Source: the human T2T-CHM13v2.0 reference genome, Homo sapiens
Direction: 5' to 3' (one strand)
NCBI RefSeq assembly: GCF_009914755.1
Contig: NC_060927.1
Length of the DNA stretch: 64,000 bases
The first letter of the stretch is position 1. Each line of letters begins with the position of its first letter. The notes beneath the pieces were generated by a model that made no database searches, was not told where the DNA came from, and was given only the letters and a program-made list of their open reading frames with translations. Positions 39,986 through 54,277 of the stretch are shown piece by piece. Both the position numbers and the translations under genes were made by a program.

Positions 39986-41164
39986 TACATTTCCCAGCCT
40001 CCCTTGCATTTAGGTGGAAAGCAGTCATAAGGCTACAGCCAGTGGCATCTGAATAGAAGAAATGTGTGCCACTTCCTGGCCAGCTCCATAGAAACCTCAT
40101 GGCCTTCCATGCTGTTTCCCCATCTGCTGGCAGGATATTGACCCCCGTGATGATGTTAGAAGCCTCATGGTAAAAGTGACAAAGCCTGGGTCCCTGAAAA
40201 TAGTGGGGCAGAACTTACAACTGTACCATTGACAGAGGCCTACATCAGACCACTATATGAGGGAAAAAATGAACACGTGCTGAGATTTGCTTATTACAGC
40301 AGTTCGCCTACATTAAACAACATCACTTCAATTATGCCTTCAGAGCTCCTAGTCTTCCCCAAAAGCTTTCTGTTATTCAAGTTAAAGAGTTTTCAATTTT
40401 TAAAAAAGATTTCCTCACAGGACTATGATTTCATTTTTTAAAGTCCTCTCTTCCTATTCTCTTTACTTTCAGCGTAAAATACAGGCAAAGTTATCCAAAA
40501 CCAGGCAGAGGTCTTTTAGTGTAAGTTTTCACTGTTAAAGATTGGCACATCACAGATGAAAGTTAAAAATAATATATTACTTATCATGAGATAATGCAAG
40601 GACATAAAAACCAGAGATTCCCAATATTCTTAAACCCATAGTTTCAACCTCACAAAAACTAAGCCTGTATGGGCCAACTCAGGGTTGCCAGCTGCTGCTG
40701 TGGTTCATATACTAAAAATAACAGGGCACCAAGGAGCAGCTAGTCAGGCTGAATCTGGGCTGCAGTCCTCCCTGGACCAGGAACAACAAACAAGGTGAAG
40801 GAGGTAATAGGGGGTTGGGGGCACCAGTCTTCGCTGCAGTGATCCCGAGAGCAATGGGGAATCCAAAAATAAACATTGGTTGACTCCAGTGCCCTTGAAC
40901 AAGTATGCAAGTCACTGAATAACAGAGCCAGCTAATCTAAATGCCAATCTAAACTTCTCCTGAGCTGCTAATGCAGGTGGCCAGATCTTTAACTTCTAAA
41001 TAAGTTTACCAGAAGAGGTATGATGATTTTATGTCATTTATATTTCTAACAGATGCATCTGACCCATTCCAAAATATCTAAAATTTTCTTTTAGGGGCCC
41101 AGAAATATAATTCACAGCTTGAGTGATGAAATACAAGCAGCAGCCTGCCTATTTGTTCCTTCCT

Positions 41165-41370
41165 TCCTTCATGTCTTCATTCATTCATTCATTCAACATT
41201 ATTATTTATACCTAATATGGGCCAGGCACTCTGCTAAGGACTAGGGATACATGGCTAGTAGAATCTAGTCTTTTCCCTCGGGGATTTCACAGTCTGAGAA
41301 GGAAAGCACATAGAAAAATGTGATAATTGTTATATAGGCATTTTGGCAAGGAAGGCAGAGAAGGAAATGG
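41165..41370 (-). mobile_element. L2 3' end with (TTCA)n tail
   Basis: cattcattcattcattcaacatt...cctaatatgggccaggcactctgctaagg. Confidence 0.75.
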
Positions 41371-42468
41371 CCAGCCCCCCGCCAATGGAGAATAAAGATG
41401 AAAACAGAAATACTCCCAAGACCCCCAAATAAGTATCTATTACAGAGACTTCCTCTACACTTGGTTACAAAAGAAAGAAGCTTTAATCCAAACAGGGGTC
41501 TAACAATGTAAAATAATTGCACTGTAGGCCTAAAACCATGAAGGAAAAAATCAAGTCTCAAAGGAGAAAGGCCTGAACATCTTGAATGCCCAGCCTGACC
41601 TTGTCTGTGTCCTGTTCTCAGAAGGTGTCTCCCAAGTTTTCGAGGTACCATTTTTCTCTGGTTACCTCCAGCTCCCAAGAGTCTCACTAAAATACAAAAC
41701 ACATCCTTTAATATGGCCCTACTTCCTGGGCTCCTTAAACATACTTTAATACCTGTTGGAACATATCGTATAAAAGCAATTCATCACTTATCTTCTCCCA
41801 ACACGCAGCCTGTGTCTTCACCCTGGCGGACTGGCATTTTAAAGTCAGTGGCATCTAAACGATCTCTGAAAACTGAGCTTTTTAAAACAAAATAAAATGG
41901 GGGACTAAGTCATGAACATCAGTGGTCTAAACCTTATGTACTTTTTGTTTTATTTCATATTTTAACTAGATTTACTTACAGCAAGCATCTTTTGTAGTTG
42001 AGAAAATGTGGATTGTAAGTGGAGTTCTTTTTGGTTAGTGAAATGACAAGTTCTTTAAACTCCTTTCAAAAGAGAGACCAGGTCTCAGATTGAGGATGTC
42101 ATGTACAATAGTCTTTTCCCCTTGTAACTTTCCTTTGATGGCCAATTAAAGCTACTTATTCCTACAACAAGGACATGTATTTTGTGGGAACAGAACTGAA
42201 GCCAGCACCTTAATCTCATGTAATTCCACTGAATGACTTTATTTCCTCCCCAGGCTGACTCGGGGCTCCCACCAGTGGATGGTGGTGGTGGTAGTGATGT
42301 TTTGAATACGACCCTCTGATCTACTGGATTTGGGCTGAGAAAGATACTTGAATGACTTTGTTGAAGGTGAAGTAAAGGGGAACCAAATTTCTGTAATGAA
42401 ATATTTCAAGCAGATCTTCATAATATCTTGAGTCATTGGGTAACTGAACAAAATTTACTGAAAGGGGT

Positions 42469-42955
42469 TGTGGTAGCCAGACTCTTAAGATAGCACCAGT
42501 GATCCCCACCTCCTGGTTGTCCCACCCCTGCGTCATCCCCTCCTACTGAGTGTGAGCTGGATTCAGTGACTCAATTCTAACAAGGAAAATAAAGAGAAGT
42601 GTCAGTGTGTGACCCAGAGACAAGGTCATAAAAAGCAGCATGTGTCCACACACATCACTCCCTTGAGGGGAGGCCAGCTGCCATGTCATGACAGCCCTAT
42701 AGAGACACCCAAGTGGCAAGGAACTGAGGGCTTCTGTGAATGAGCTTGGAAGCATATGTTCCCCAGCCTTCACATGACGGTAGTCCCCAGCAATATCTGG
42801 ATTGCAACCCTGGAAGAAACCCTACGCTACAACCACACTGTTATGCCAGCTCCCAGATTCCTGACCCGTAGAATCTAAAAAATAAAAAATAAAAAATTTT
42901 ATTGTTTAAAGCTGTAAATTTAGGGAAAATTTGTCACACAGCAATAATTAGTACA
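42469..42955 (+). mobile_element. MLT1F/G-like LTR
   Basis: tgtggtagccagactcttaagatagcaccagtgatccccacctcctgg...gaggccagctgccatgt...ttgtcacacagcaata. Confidence 0.88.
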
Positions 42956-44805
42956 GGGGCTAAAAGTATCCACTCCCAGGACATGGTGTAAGGAGTGCCA
43001 AGAATGTGCCCAGATCTACACAATTACAACCCCACCTCATTGCTCTCAGGCCGGAAATGCTGCAAGTCCTGTCTTAAATATGTATTCAATCACTCATAGA
43101 GTATACATTGGGTGCCCTCTGTGTACAGTCAGGGTACCTAATGTTACAGATAGCAAGGGAATGTGCCCCTTCTGAAATCCTATGTTCCCTCCCCTGAAGA
43201 ATCAACCAGCTTTCCTGTCAAAAGCAGTTTTTAAGGCCACTAAAAACTGAAGCTAACCATTGAGCTGAGTCCAGGGCCTCCTATTAAAAGGAAAAAAAAG
43301 GGAACTTCATGGAATGTAGTCACCACCCCACCCTCATAGTTCCCCCTAAATTTAAATAGAAACACTTCACTCTACCCTCTTAAAATTAAGTATTCACACA
43401 AAGCAGACACTGGAGCATAAAATATCTTTTTACTTCACCAATTTGAACACCAGAGATTTGCCTTAAAGGGCCAGGCAACCTGAAGCTTTTCAACAAAAAC
43501 AACTCGTGGAATACTGGAGGCAGATGATATTTCATCTTAAGCATCAGGTATATTGTCTACACCATCAGAGATTCTCAAAGGATTAGTACTAAATAGTGCC
43601 TATTATTATATTAATGATAAACCATTTGCATATCACTAACAAGTTTCACCCAGGTAGGGCTAATCCCTCAGTTTATTTTGTTTGTAGATCAGCCAACAGG
43701 TTCCTTATTCACTGTAGGCAAGGCAAGAAACACACTTTTTCTTCAACCTAGTTGGTTGGACCAAATGTTTACATATACACATTTATCCCCACCATTATAA
43801 CCATCATGCAGCTTCTAGGACAATAATACTATTTCTTACATAAAAATATTAACTAGAAAGGCTTTCAATTAGCCAAATGTAATAACAAACAGATATGTAC
43901 TTAAGGCTTGGCTACTGTGAAATGAAGTTATAAGCTAGTGAAATGAAGTCATAAGCTGGTCATACAAATACATATTTTTCAATAACAGGATTTTTTAAAA
44001 GATTTTTTAAAATAATTCATACCTTTGTTGATTCCACTTGTGCCATTTGCAATTTAACATCAGAAAATAATCATTCCAAATGGTTCTCCCTGCTATGATT
44101 CACCACGGTGAATGATTCTGCCACTCACAGCAAATCAGAGAATGGTTTGGAATGGCTTATTTTCCTGCTCCAATAAACTATGACTAGGCATTCAGCAGAT
44201 TTTTCTTTTGTTTCTTATTATTTTGCAGAGTCGAGAAAAATATGAAAAATAAAAGAAATAACTGAATGGCCCACTGCTTTCAAAACGTATTTAGTCTTGC
44301 TCACTTATGTCAAATCTATTATAATTCACCTCCATCCTGCTGTTTTTCTAGTGTTTTCCATATCATGGAACCCTCACCAGTAGACGCCCATTCTCTTTCG
44401 GACCCCAAGGCATGGCTTACCTTTTCCTATAAAACTCTAAGTGCTCACTGCCAAAATAGATGTGTGTGATAAAATTAAAGTATTTCACTGGCCTTTGGTT
44501 CTGGAAATAATTGGCACAAATCTCCTTTGTTGCATTAATTGTATATCATTGTTTATCCAGCGAGTATCTCAGCACCCACTTAGCCATCTGGGCCTCAGCC
44601 CAGAAAACTGACTTACATGAAATAACAATGAGGCCTTTTGACAGTTTTCAATACACTGCTTTAATAATTTTTTCAATTGTATACTTTTCCTGATTCAGGA
44701 GTCTAAAATCAGTAACTACAAAGAAACAGCTGCTACAATTCTCTTTATCCTCCTACTCTCATCCTTAAGATTCCAGGAATCATCGGTCAGAAGTATTCAA
44801 CTTAC

Positions 44806-44860
44806 CAATGCTTAAACCTTTGGGAAAAAAGCATCTAGATTCCCTCTCAACCCCAGACAT
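44806..44860 (-). other. Candidate 55-nt exon (cryptic or non-coding)
   Basis: Minus strand reads tcattattgtttttttctag|ATGTCTGG...AGCATTG|gtaagt, with near-consensus acceptor and donor. Confidence 0.35.
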
Positions 44861-44982
44861 CTAGAAAAAAACAATAATGAATGATGATAGACCCAGTCAG
44901 AGAGAACTATCTTCTCATCATTTTTCATGCTAATGTATAAAGTTACTGATATTCTACAATCCTCTGTCTTCTCAAAGCATCT

Positions 44983-45034
44983 ACACACACACACACTATA
45001 CACACACACGCGCACACACACACACACACACACA
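44983..45034. repeat. Interrupted (CA)n microsatellite
   Basis: Directly visible. Confidence 0.95.
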
Positions 45035-46429
45035 AGTATGCATACCCAGAATCTCCTAAGCTAGGACTGCCAACAACCCACTAGCAGGGGCGAAGTTTGG
45101 ATGCCAAAAGACATTGTATTGTCAAAGCTAGAGTTACATGAGGTACACTTTGCATAGAAATAATGTTATAAATGAAGATCATATAAACTTGGTTTATCTA
45201 TTTAATTTATATCACTTTTCATAGCCGGGCTCTATATTCTTGACTGGGTGAAGATATAAATGAACTAGTGGGCTCCAAACTGTCTTGGTCAAACAATACA
45301 TTAAAAATTATCATGAGCATATTCATCATGTATGTGTGTGTGTATGTATTTACAAATTATATAGGTATTCTGCTGTGATGCAAACTCACAAAAAATAATA
45401 CTAGGATAAGAAAGAAATAATATACATAGGCATTCTACTATACGTCTGTAAACTCCACACCTGCACACCTCCTGGGGTGTACACTTTCCATTTTGAAGCT
45501 CCAGTGATATACCATGTTCTGCCCTTTAACAGTTATTTGTTTGGTGGGTGAAAACAATATATCTGCCACTTTTATGCAGCATTTTATACTTCATAAAGCA
45601 TTTCATACACATTATCTAAAATAGTCCTCACAAACACCTTCTCCTCATTTTATAGACTAGGAATTTAAGTAACGTAAGTGCCTAAGATCACCCAAATGGA
45701 CTGTGGCTAAACTAGATTTGAAACCAGGGCGATACTACAGATATACGACAGATTAAATGGGTTTTTATGTGCCAGTCTGGAAACCACACCACCACTTACA
45801 ATATTACTTCCAAGGGAAAATGCTTTCTGAGTTCTAATTAACTGACTTGTAAAGGAACTTTTCGAATATAGGTCATACATTCAGGACTAGATGTATTACA
45901 TATTTTCAAATAAATGTTTTTTTCATACAGGATAATCTGAAACTTTTATTATACCACTAATGCCAAAAAGTAAATCATATAAACATAAAAGCCCTACCAA
46001 GCAGTGCTGAGATGCCCATGTTCTATAAGACAGTCACCCAATGCTCAGGGCAGCATTTCTACCTTTACTTGTATAACCAATTTCATGTCCCGAAATTAAT
46101 GAACCACATTCCCTTATAAGTGTTTAAGAATCAGTAAAATTTTATTTATAATTATTAAGCTTGTAAGTGTTATGCTTTAGCTCTGGAAAATTATCTTTTT
46201 CTTTTAAAGCCAAAAAGTTGCAAATGCAAGAAAGAAAATGCCTGTAATGAATGGTGCTTTGGGTCAGAAAGGTGACTAGAGAAACCAAAGTATTTTTGTT
46301 TTCCCTCTGCCAAAGGTGACTTAGATACTTAGACTTATGCTGGACTCCCTTGAGTCTTCTTGAACCCTGCTTTCTTAGATTGCCAGCATTGATTAAGTAA
46401 TATTTTTACTTTTAATATTTAACAATGCA

Positions 46430-47800
46430 TTTTACTTTATAAAAAATTTATATCCCCTTTGGCCCATAACCTGACTTCTGTGAACTTAATCTAAGAAAAT
46501 AATATAAAATTATCAAAACATTTTAGACAGAAAGTATTTCTTCATAATGTTACTTACAAATTGAAAATTTAAAAGCAACTTGAATGTTTAACAATAAATG
46601 ACAGAAATACTCAATGATATAGCATACTTCTGTTTAAAATGATGGCTACAAAAGCCATACAGAAGCATCAAAAAATAAATTTAGATATATTAATTGATAA
46701 AAGCAGGATATAGACCATGTGTGCATTATACTTACAATGACAATAATATCATAGGAAAAAAACAGACTAGCAGCAAATGGGCCTAAATGAATCAATGTTT
46801 TGGTTAAAGATAGTAGAATTTTGGGTGACTTTTTTTTCTATATTTTCTAATTTTCTCTGAGGTGGGTATTTTTATAACTAAAAAGAGGTTTCTACAAACG
46901 GCATCTGATGATTTATAAGGAATTTCTACAAATCAATAAGAAAAATATAAATATCTCTAATCAAAACTAGGGAAATATGAACAAACAATTCAGAAAAGGA
47001 AATCCAAATGGTAATAAAATGAAAAGAGGTTCAATCTTCTCTAGTAATCAGAAAAATTTTAATTAAATTAAAATAATAAAATATAATTCCATGTCATAAT
47101 ATTAACAAAAATTTAAAAGTTTTATAATTTTCGATGTAAGGGTATATGAATATTGGAGCTTTCATACACAGTAAGTAAGAGTAAAAATTTGTACAATCAC
47201 TTTGGAGACTAACCTGGTAACATCTAATAAAGCACATAAGAGTCACAACAATGTTCATTGTGACATTATTGATAATAGTAAAAAGTTTAAAATGACATGC
47301 ATTTCTAGCAATAGGGAAATAGATAAATAAATCATGATATTTTCATATGATGAAATATTATAAAGCAATAAAAATGAAAGAATTTGACCTATATGGAACA
47401 TCACAGATAAATCACAAAAGCATACTGTTGATAAGGGAAAGAAGATCAGGATAATATAAACAGTTGGTCCCATTTAAATAAAGTTTTAAAGCATACAAAA
47501 CAATGCTATTTTATAACTACATATGTTATAGCAGTAGTGTAAAAATATGCATGGGATAGCTAAACACCAAATTCACGATAATGACAACTTTGGAAAGGAA
47601 GAAAAACAAATGGGATTCGGGGTTGTGAATCCAGAGGACCTAAGTTCTAATCTGTAATGTAAAACACACACCACACACAGGCACGCACACTTAATCCATC
47701 TGAAGCAAGATTAGCAAAGGATTATTAAAGACAACTGAATGCGTATTTGCAGATACATAGGTGTCCATTATTTAGTCTTTTTTTCTTAATATTTAACATA
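46430..47800 (+). mobile_element. Old L1M (L1ME/MD-like) 3' fragments, approximate bounds
   Basis: atttataaggaatttctacaaatcaataagaaaaa...aatgaaaagaggttcaatcttctctagtaatcag...tgtacaatcactttggag. Confidence 0.75.
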
Positions 47801-47829
47801 AAACATTGTAAAGAAACAATGAGCACCTA

Positions 47830-48308
<479 letters not shown>

Positions 48309-48725
48309 CTAGGTAAGTAAAGTCGTTTGCAGTCTCTCCGGTCCTGCTTCTACTTGCTGTGAGGTGTGGCATGTTAGAAATGTTGTTTCTGCCTTCATAT
48401 TTGGCTGGGGAAGTGGGGCAGGGAGACAACCCAAAAAAGATTGCAGCGTATTATGGTGGAGGGGCTCACCCTCAAAAAACTCCGACGCCGCAGTTTAAAG
48501 TGCTTCAGCTACGTGTATTGATGTTTAATTGTGTAGCAACATGAATTTGGTGTCTTAACCTTTCCGCCTCCTGGAAGATATTGAGTTATCCAACCCACAA
48601 AACCCTGGAGACTCTCAAGGCTTCCCAAAACCCCAAACTCTCCAGAAAGGAGCCATGCTTGGAAGGACTAGTGAATTTCATGTCTGTGAAAAGCCATCTT
48701 CAACAGTCTGGGGGGCTGCTTATCA

Positions 48726-49094
<369 letters not shown>

Positions 49095-49132
49095 CTAAGT
49101 CTGTTCTTGGAGGCAATGATTATTCTTTTGTT

Positions 49133-49146
49133 CCAGCAGAGGGTGC
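49133..49146 (+). promoter_or_regulatory. Candidate CTCF motif
   Basis: CCAGCAGAGGGTGC matches the core CCASYAGRKGGCRC except at one C>T position compatible with CpG decay. Motif match only. Confidence 0.35.
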
Positions 49147-51851
49147 ACCCTGGCAGACAAGTCAGAATCCTATGGTAATTGGCATGCAAAGAGACATCAC
49201 CAGCAGACTGCTCTGCCCTGGAGAACAGGCATGGGGGTGAGCAGGTTCATAAAACCAACTCCACCTTCTCAGGCCAACACTACCACCATGTACAACTGTA
49301 ACTGGCCTGCGCCATCTCCAAAAACTAAAGCAGCAGGTTTATTCATTGAAACTTAAATCCACATAATAGAAAACTTTGATATTGACATATCCCATGTTTT
49401 GATCTACTATTCCCTTGAAAACATCTTTTGTGAACAAATATCCCAAAACAGTCAAGCCCAACCAGCCTGAAATGTGTGTTGTTTGACCTTTTGGCCATCT
49501 AGTCTGCATCTGGAGGTAAATTTGGAAAGTGGAGCAAATCTACTGAAAGATTGACCCTCCTCCTTCCTGAATATCCCGGAAGCTTTTTGGAATTCAACTT
49601 GCAAGTCATGCTTCATTCGAGGAACTTGATTATAATAGTTCCGGTGTGAAGGGTGCTGGACAGGACACTACGCGGACATCAGGCATAGCGATTCACACAT
49701 TCCTCTACAAAGAGCTTCAGGTGTTTTTAGAACAAAATGAAAGAAAATGAAGCTGAGTCAGTTCTCAAAACTGTCCTCCTGTCATAAGATTCACCAGAAT
49801 TACTCACAGTTATCACAGTCATTCTCAGAAATGTCAAGTGTAGGTGCTCTTCCGGGCCTTCAGAATGGTTCTTCCTCTCTCAGTCTCCTCCCTCTATTTG
49901 GAATGGCCCAGAAAAACAGTACACTGACCAAGAGCCCCATCTAAAATCAATTGTTTGCTTAAAAATGGCTACCATAATATATAGTGGTTACCAAAGTGTG
50001 TCTTATCAAAGATGATTATTTTATAAGAAAGACAGATCTTTTCAATAAAGGGAATAACTAACAGCATTAGAAAAAAATTGAAGAAAAGGTGTAGAGTAAA
50101 TTGCAATAATCTTGACCATGGGGTAATTAATATTTTTTTAAAAAGAAAAAACTTATTTCAATCACTAAGACGACTCAAACATACAAGACATCTACTTGTA
50201 TTCAAAAGACTAAATGTCACATATATGAACCAGCCAAGACTCACCATCTGAGAGTTAAACATTATAAAAAGAAAAGTCTTAAGCTTAATTCTCCTAGTCT
50301 ATGCCTGCTTCAAATTAACATAATAAAGAATCAGAATATAGGAAAAAAGTAGTAAAAGCCCTGTTAAAGAAAAACAATGCACATATGCTTATTGGGATGT
50401 AAAATACAAATAATCTATATATGAAATAAATATATTTCCAAATCAAATAAGCTATAGATGTGATAAAATATTTCCAAATTTTATCATATATTTAAATCCA
50501 GGTTTCCACAGCAGGTCTTAGGTTAGTCAAATAGAGTTTACTATAATTCAAGTGCCCCCCCAAAAAATACTTTAGCAAGAGCTACTTATATAAAAAATGG
50601 TATTGCCCATGCAAGTCCAATGAAACAAGTTTCCTGTTTGAAATATCAAATTTAATTACCAAAATCTCCATTTTTTTCCTCTGAACACTAAAAGGTTTCA
50701 TGTAATGAGGTTCAATTTAAAGAACTCTCTTCACTACATGATTTCATCTCACTTAAAAACCATAGCGCTTCAGGTGTCCAAACAAATGCTGCAAACTAAA
50801 CCTGGACACACATACTCACAGAGCCTTCCCCAATCCCAGGAGAAATTTATACATGAAGATCCTTCTGTTTAGCCAGGTGAACTCTGCTAGAAATTCATAT
50901 TAAAGAGAACTTTGAAGAAGGATGGTACAGGAGAACAGGTGCAGCAAAGGCACCATGTATTGAGCATCTTTTATGCGCCTCTCATTTTAAGTGTTTCATC
51001 TCATACAATCCTTACAGCCACCCCTGAGGTACACACAATTGCCCCCAGTGGACAAAAGAAGAAAGGAAAGCTCAGTGTGGCTGAGTGTGCTGCCCAAGGT
51101 TACACAGTGGGGAGGGGTGTCCAGGGTCTGAACTCCACGAGGGGAGAACTACCTTCCAATTCCGAACCCTGTGCCTAGCAAGCACCAGGGGCAGGGGAGG
51201 CATTTGATAAATGTTTGTTGAATTGAATATGACTGTAAGGCCTATCTACTTTGGAGCATCCTGGAGAATGGTGTCAGAAAGCCCAAATGCAATGTGAGGG
51301 ATAACAAGGAGGGGTAGTCCACGCAGTCTAGGGTGAACCAAGTAACTTCACCCGGGCTTTCCTCGGATCCACTGCCCCCTCCTCACTCACTGTCTTCTCA
51401 CCATTATCTCTGTCCAGCTCTGGACATCTGTCTGGGTTTGCTCTCTCAAGGTTGCTGCCAGCCTTGGCTGGACCTAAGGCTGCTTATCCTTCACCTCACT
51501 TTTCAAGGGAGCTGGTAACCATAAAAATACTGCCCAGCCATGGCTTCCATCCTTTAGCTATTTGGGATTACCCAGGCCCTGAGACTTCCCAGCTTCCCAC
51601 TGACAATGTTGTTTCAAAGTCCCAGGACTTTGCAGGAAATCTCTGGGAATGGAGCTCCAGAAAAATCTGGGTGGTCAGGCTTGTGTTGCTTTCATAGATG
51701 GGTTTTAGTGAGAGAGTTTGAATCTGCCTAGAGTGTACACCTCAAGTAGTTATTAGAAATATCTGTTAGTAGTTTGTGTTCTCCAACAGGGGCATATGAG
51801 GGAGTCAGGGAGGTTTGGCAGCCCCTAGCATGCACACCACTGGTAACCTGG

Positions 51852-52221
51852 TGGATCAGTTAGTTTTCACACTCCTTTAAAGAACTATGTGAGACTGGGT
51901 AATTTATAAAGAAAAAAGGTTTAATCAACTCACAGTTCTGTGTGGCTGGGGAGGCCTCAGGAAACTTACAATTGTGGTGGAAGGCGAAGGGGAAACAAGG
52001 ACCTTCTTCACATGGAGGCAGGAGAGAGAAAGAGCAATGAGAGGAACTGCCAAATACTTGTAAACCATCAGATCTTGTGAGAACTCACTCACTATCACAA
52101 GAACAGCATGGAGGAAACCACCCCCATGAGCCAACCACCTCCCACCAGGCTCCTCCCTCGACAAGTAGGGATTACAATTTGAGTTGAGATTTAAGTGGGG
52201 ACACAGAGCCAAACCATATCA
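51852..52221 (-). mobile_element. MSTA-like MaLR solo LTR
   Basis: gagactgggtaatttataaagaaaa...ggggaggcctcaggaaacttacaat...acacagagccaaaccatatca. Perfect 5-bp TSD cctgg at 51847-51851 and 52222-52226. Confidence 0.94.
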
Positions 52222-52429
52222 CCTGGGGAAGAGTTTTAAGAGACTAATACATGAAGACTGTGGAAAGAGGTACCTGGGCATGCACCTTGTGGCAGAGCCT
52301 GAGCACCAAACAGCCTCAACCACAGGGTCTTGAAAATGACACCCCACTCCTGCTGAGAGCTTAAGGAAGCACTCTTTCAAGTGCCCTCTCTGCTCTGCAG
52401 ATCAGGCTGGTTTTAAAATTACAATAATC

Positions 52430-52625
52430 GGTAATAATATCAAAAGCTACAACCACAATTTGCTGATTGCCAGGTACCATGCAATGGGGCTTTACCTATT
52501 CTAAGCCCCATTGATGGGGGTTATTATTTCCCCAACTTTGCAGATGAGAATATGGAATGGGAACTTAATAACCTGTCCAAGCCTCAGCCAGTGAAAGAGC
52601 CAGCTGCTAACCTGGATCCCATGCT
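52430..52625 (-). mobile_element. MIR
   Basis: tattatttccccaactttgcagatgagaa...aataacctgtccaag. Confidence 0.65.
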
Positions 52626-54277
52626 CCCTGCAGCCAGCCCACAGATCACCCTGGCAACCCAGCAGATGAGCCCAAGCCACACAATAGTGCAACTTCTTCC
52701 CAGATCCCAATAGAAAGTTACTTGAACTTCTACTTCCCCTCCTGCTTTCCCTCGTCTGCCCACCTATGCAGGAATGAATTCGTGAAAACCTGGCCAGGCA
52801 TTCCACCTTGGGAACAACTTCTATATCCCAACTTTCTTAAAATGTCATCCAACATGGTGAGGAAAATGAACTTAAATTCTGAATTACATTACAAACTGAC
52901 TTTCCTTCTCATTGTGGCCTGGACCAGAATCAGCCAAACTTCTCTGGGCTCAACTTCCTCATACTCAACACAGGTCAGATGGGCTTCTCATCTTCTAGTG
53001 TGTTGACGATGGTTTATGTCGTTGCCTCAATTTTCAGGTCCCTTTGGCCATTGGGATGAATTACACAATGTGAATCAGAAGTGGACAATCAGGAGAGGAG
53101 AAATCCAGCCATGTCTGGGCCTAGGCCACTCTTCAGAGATGTGGCCCACAAACACTAACAAAAAGTGGCATCAAAGCTCTGCCAGTTTCCAAATACTTTT
53201 AAAATCCTAGAAACATACCTTAGGATAAGAACCTTAGAATAACTTCTAGTCCAAACCCTTGTTTGACAGTAAGTAAACCAAAATTTAGAGAACTATCTGT
53301 TCATTTCCCATCACCCCCACTCTCGTAGCTAGCATGTGGCAGGACTTGGATTCCGACTGAAGACTCTTTTAATTCAAAGGTCATGCATGAGGTACCACAA
53401 ATGCAACCTCCTCTGATTTTATTACTTTAGCCACTAATATATTTATATTTGGTAATATTGCCCTGAATAGGAGAAAACAGGGAGTAAAGCAACCCAATCC
53501 TTATAGAATGTCAGATACAGTAAGGCTCCTGAAAGTCATTATTAATAAAGAAATTGAGGCACAGAAGTATGAAAATGCTTTGCCAGTAAAATCAAGCCAG
53601 ATGATGATGACGCAGTGGCTCAAACTCCAGTCTGTAGACTTCCAGCCCAGGGCTCTTTCCTGACACCCTGAGGAAACATTGCAGAGATGTCACCAGTTGG
53701 TCTTGTTTTCTAAAGTTGTTAATTTCCATAACACTTCTTATTTCTTAGACAGTTAAACTATGTACAACTATGAAAATATCTGTACTCAGAGGTGGTATAA
53801 TTACATGGAAAAAAATATAAGGACCACTGGGACAAAATCAAAAGAGACAATTAGAACCTGAGTTAAATTCAAAAAACAAAAAAGGAGAGGGGCAAAATGG
53901 CTGAATAGGAACAACTCCAGTCTGCAGCTCCCAGCGAGATCAATGCAGAAGGCAGGTGATTTCTACATTTCCAACTGTGGTACCCAGCTCATCTCATTGG
54001 GACTCGTTGGACAGTGGGTGCAGCCCACGGAGGGTGAGCAGAAGCAGGATGGGGCGTCACCTCACCCAGGAAATGCAAGGGGTCGGGGAACTCCCTTCTC
54101 TAGCCGACAGAAGCCATGAGGGACCCTGCCATGAGGGACAGTGTACTCTGGCCCAGATACTATGCTTTTCCAACTGTCTTCACAACCCGCAGACCAGGAG
54201 ATTCCCTCAGGTGCCTAGGCCACCAGGGCTCTGAGTTTCAAGCACAAAACTGGGCAGCCATTTGGGCAGACACTGAG

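Noticed and set aside
41265-41702. 145-aa minus-strand ORF and a possible 21-nt micro-exon (ttttag|TGAGAC...GGAG|gtaacc) near 41666-41686
   Set aside because: No recognisable protein, the ORF runs into an L2, and the splice signals alone are too weak.
45266-45900. Possible old DNA-transposon remnants (hAT/Tigger-like)
   Set aside because: Too diverged to name or delimit by eye.
51038-51195. CTCF-like strings tgcccccagtgg and gcaccaggggcag (also near 45078)
   Set aside because: Each is one base short of the core spacing; the two near 51038-51195 also sit in MIR/L2-like sequence.
53868-53883. TSD for the long L1
   Set aside because: Both flanks are A-runs, so a duplication cannot be distinguished from the poly(A) tail.
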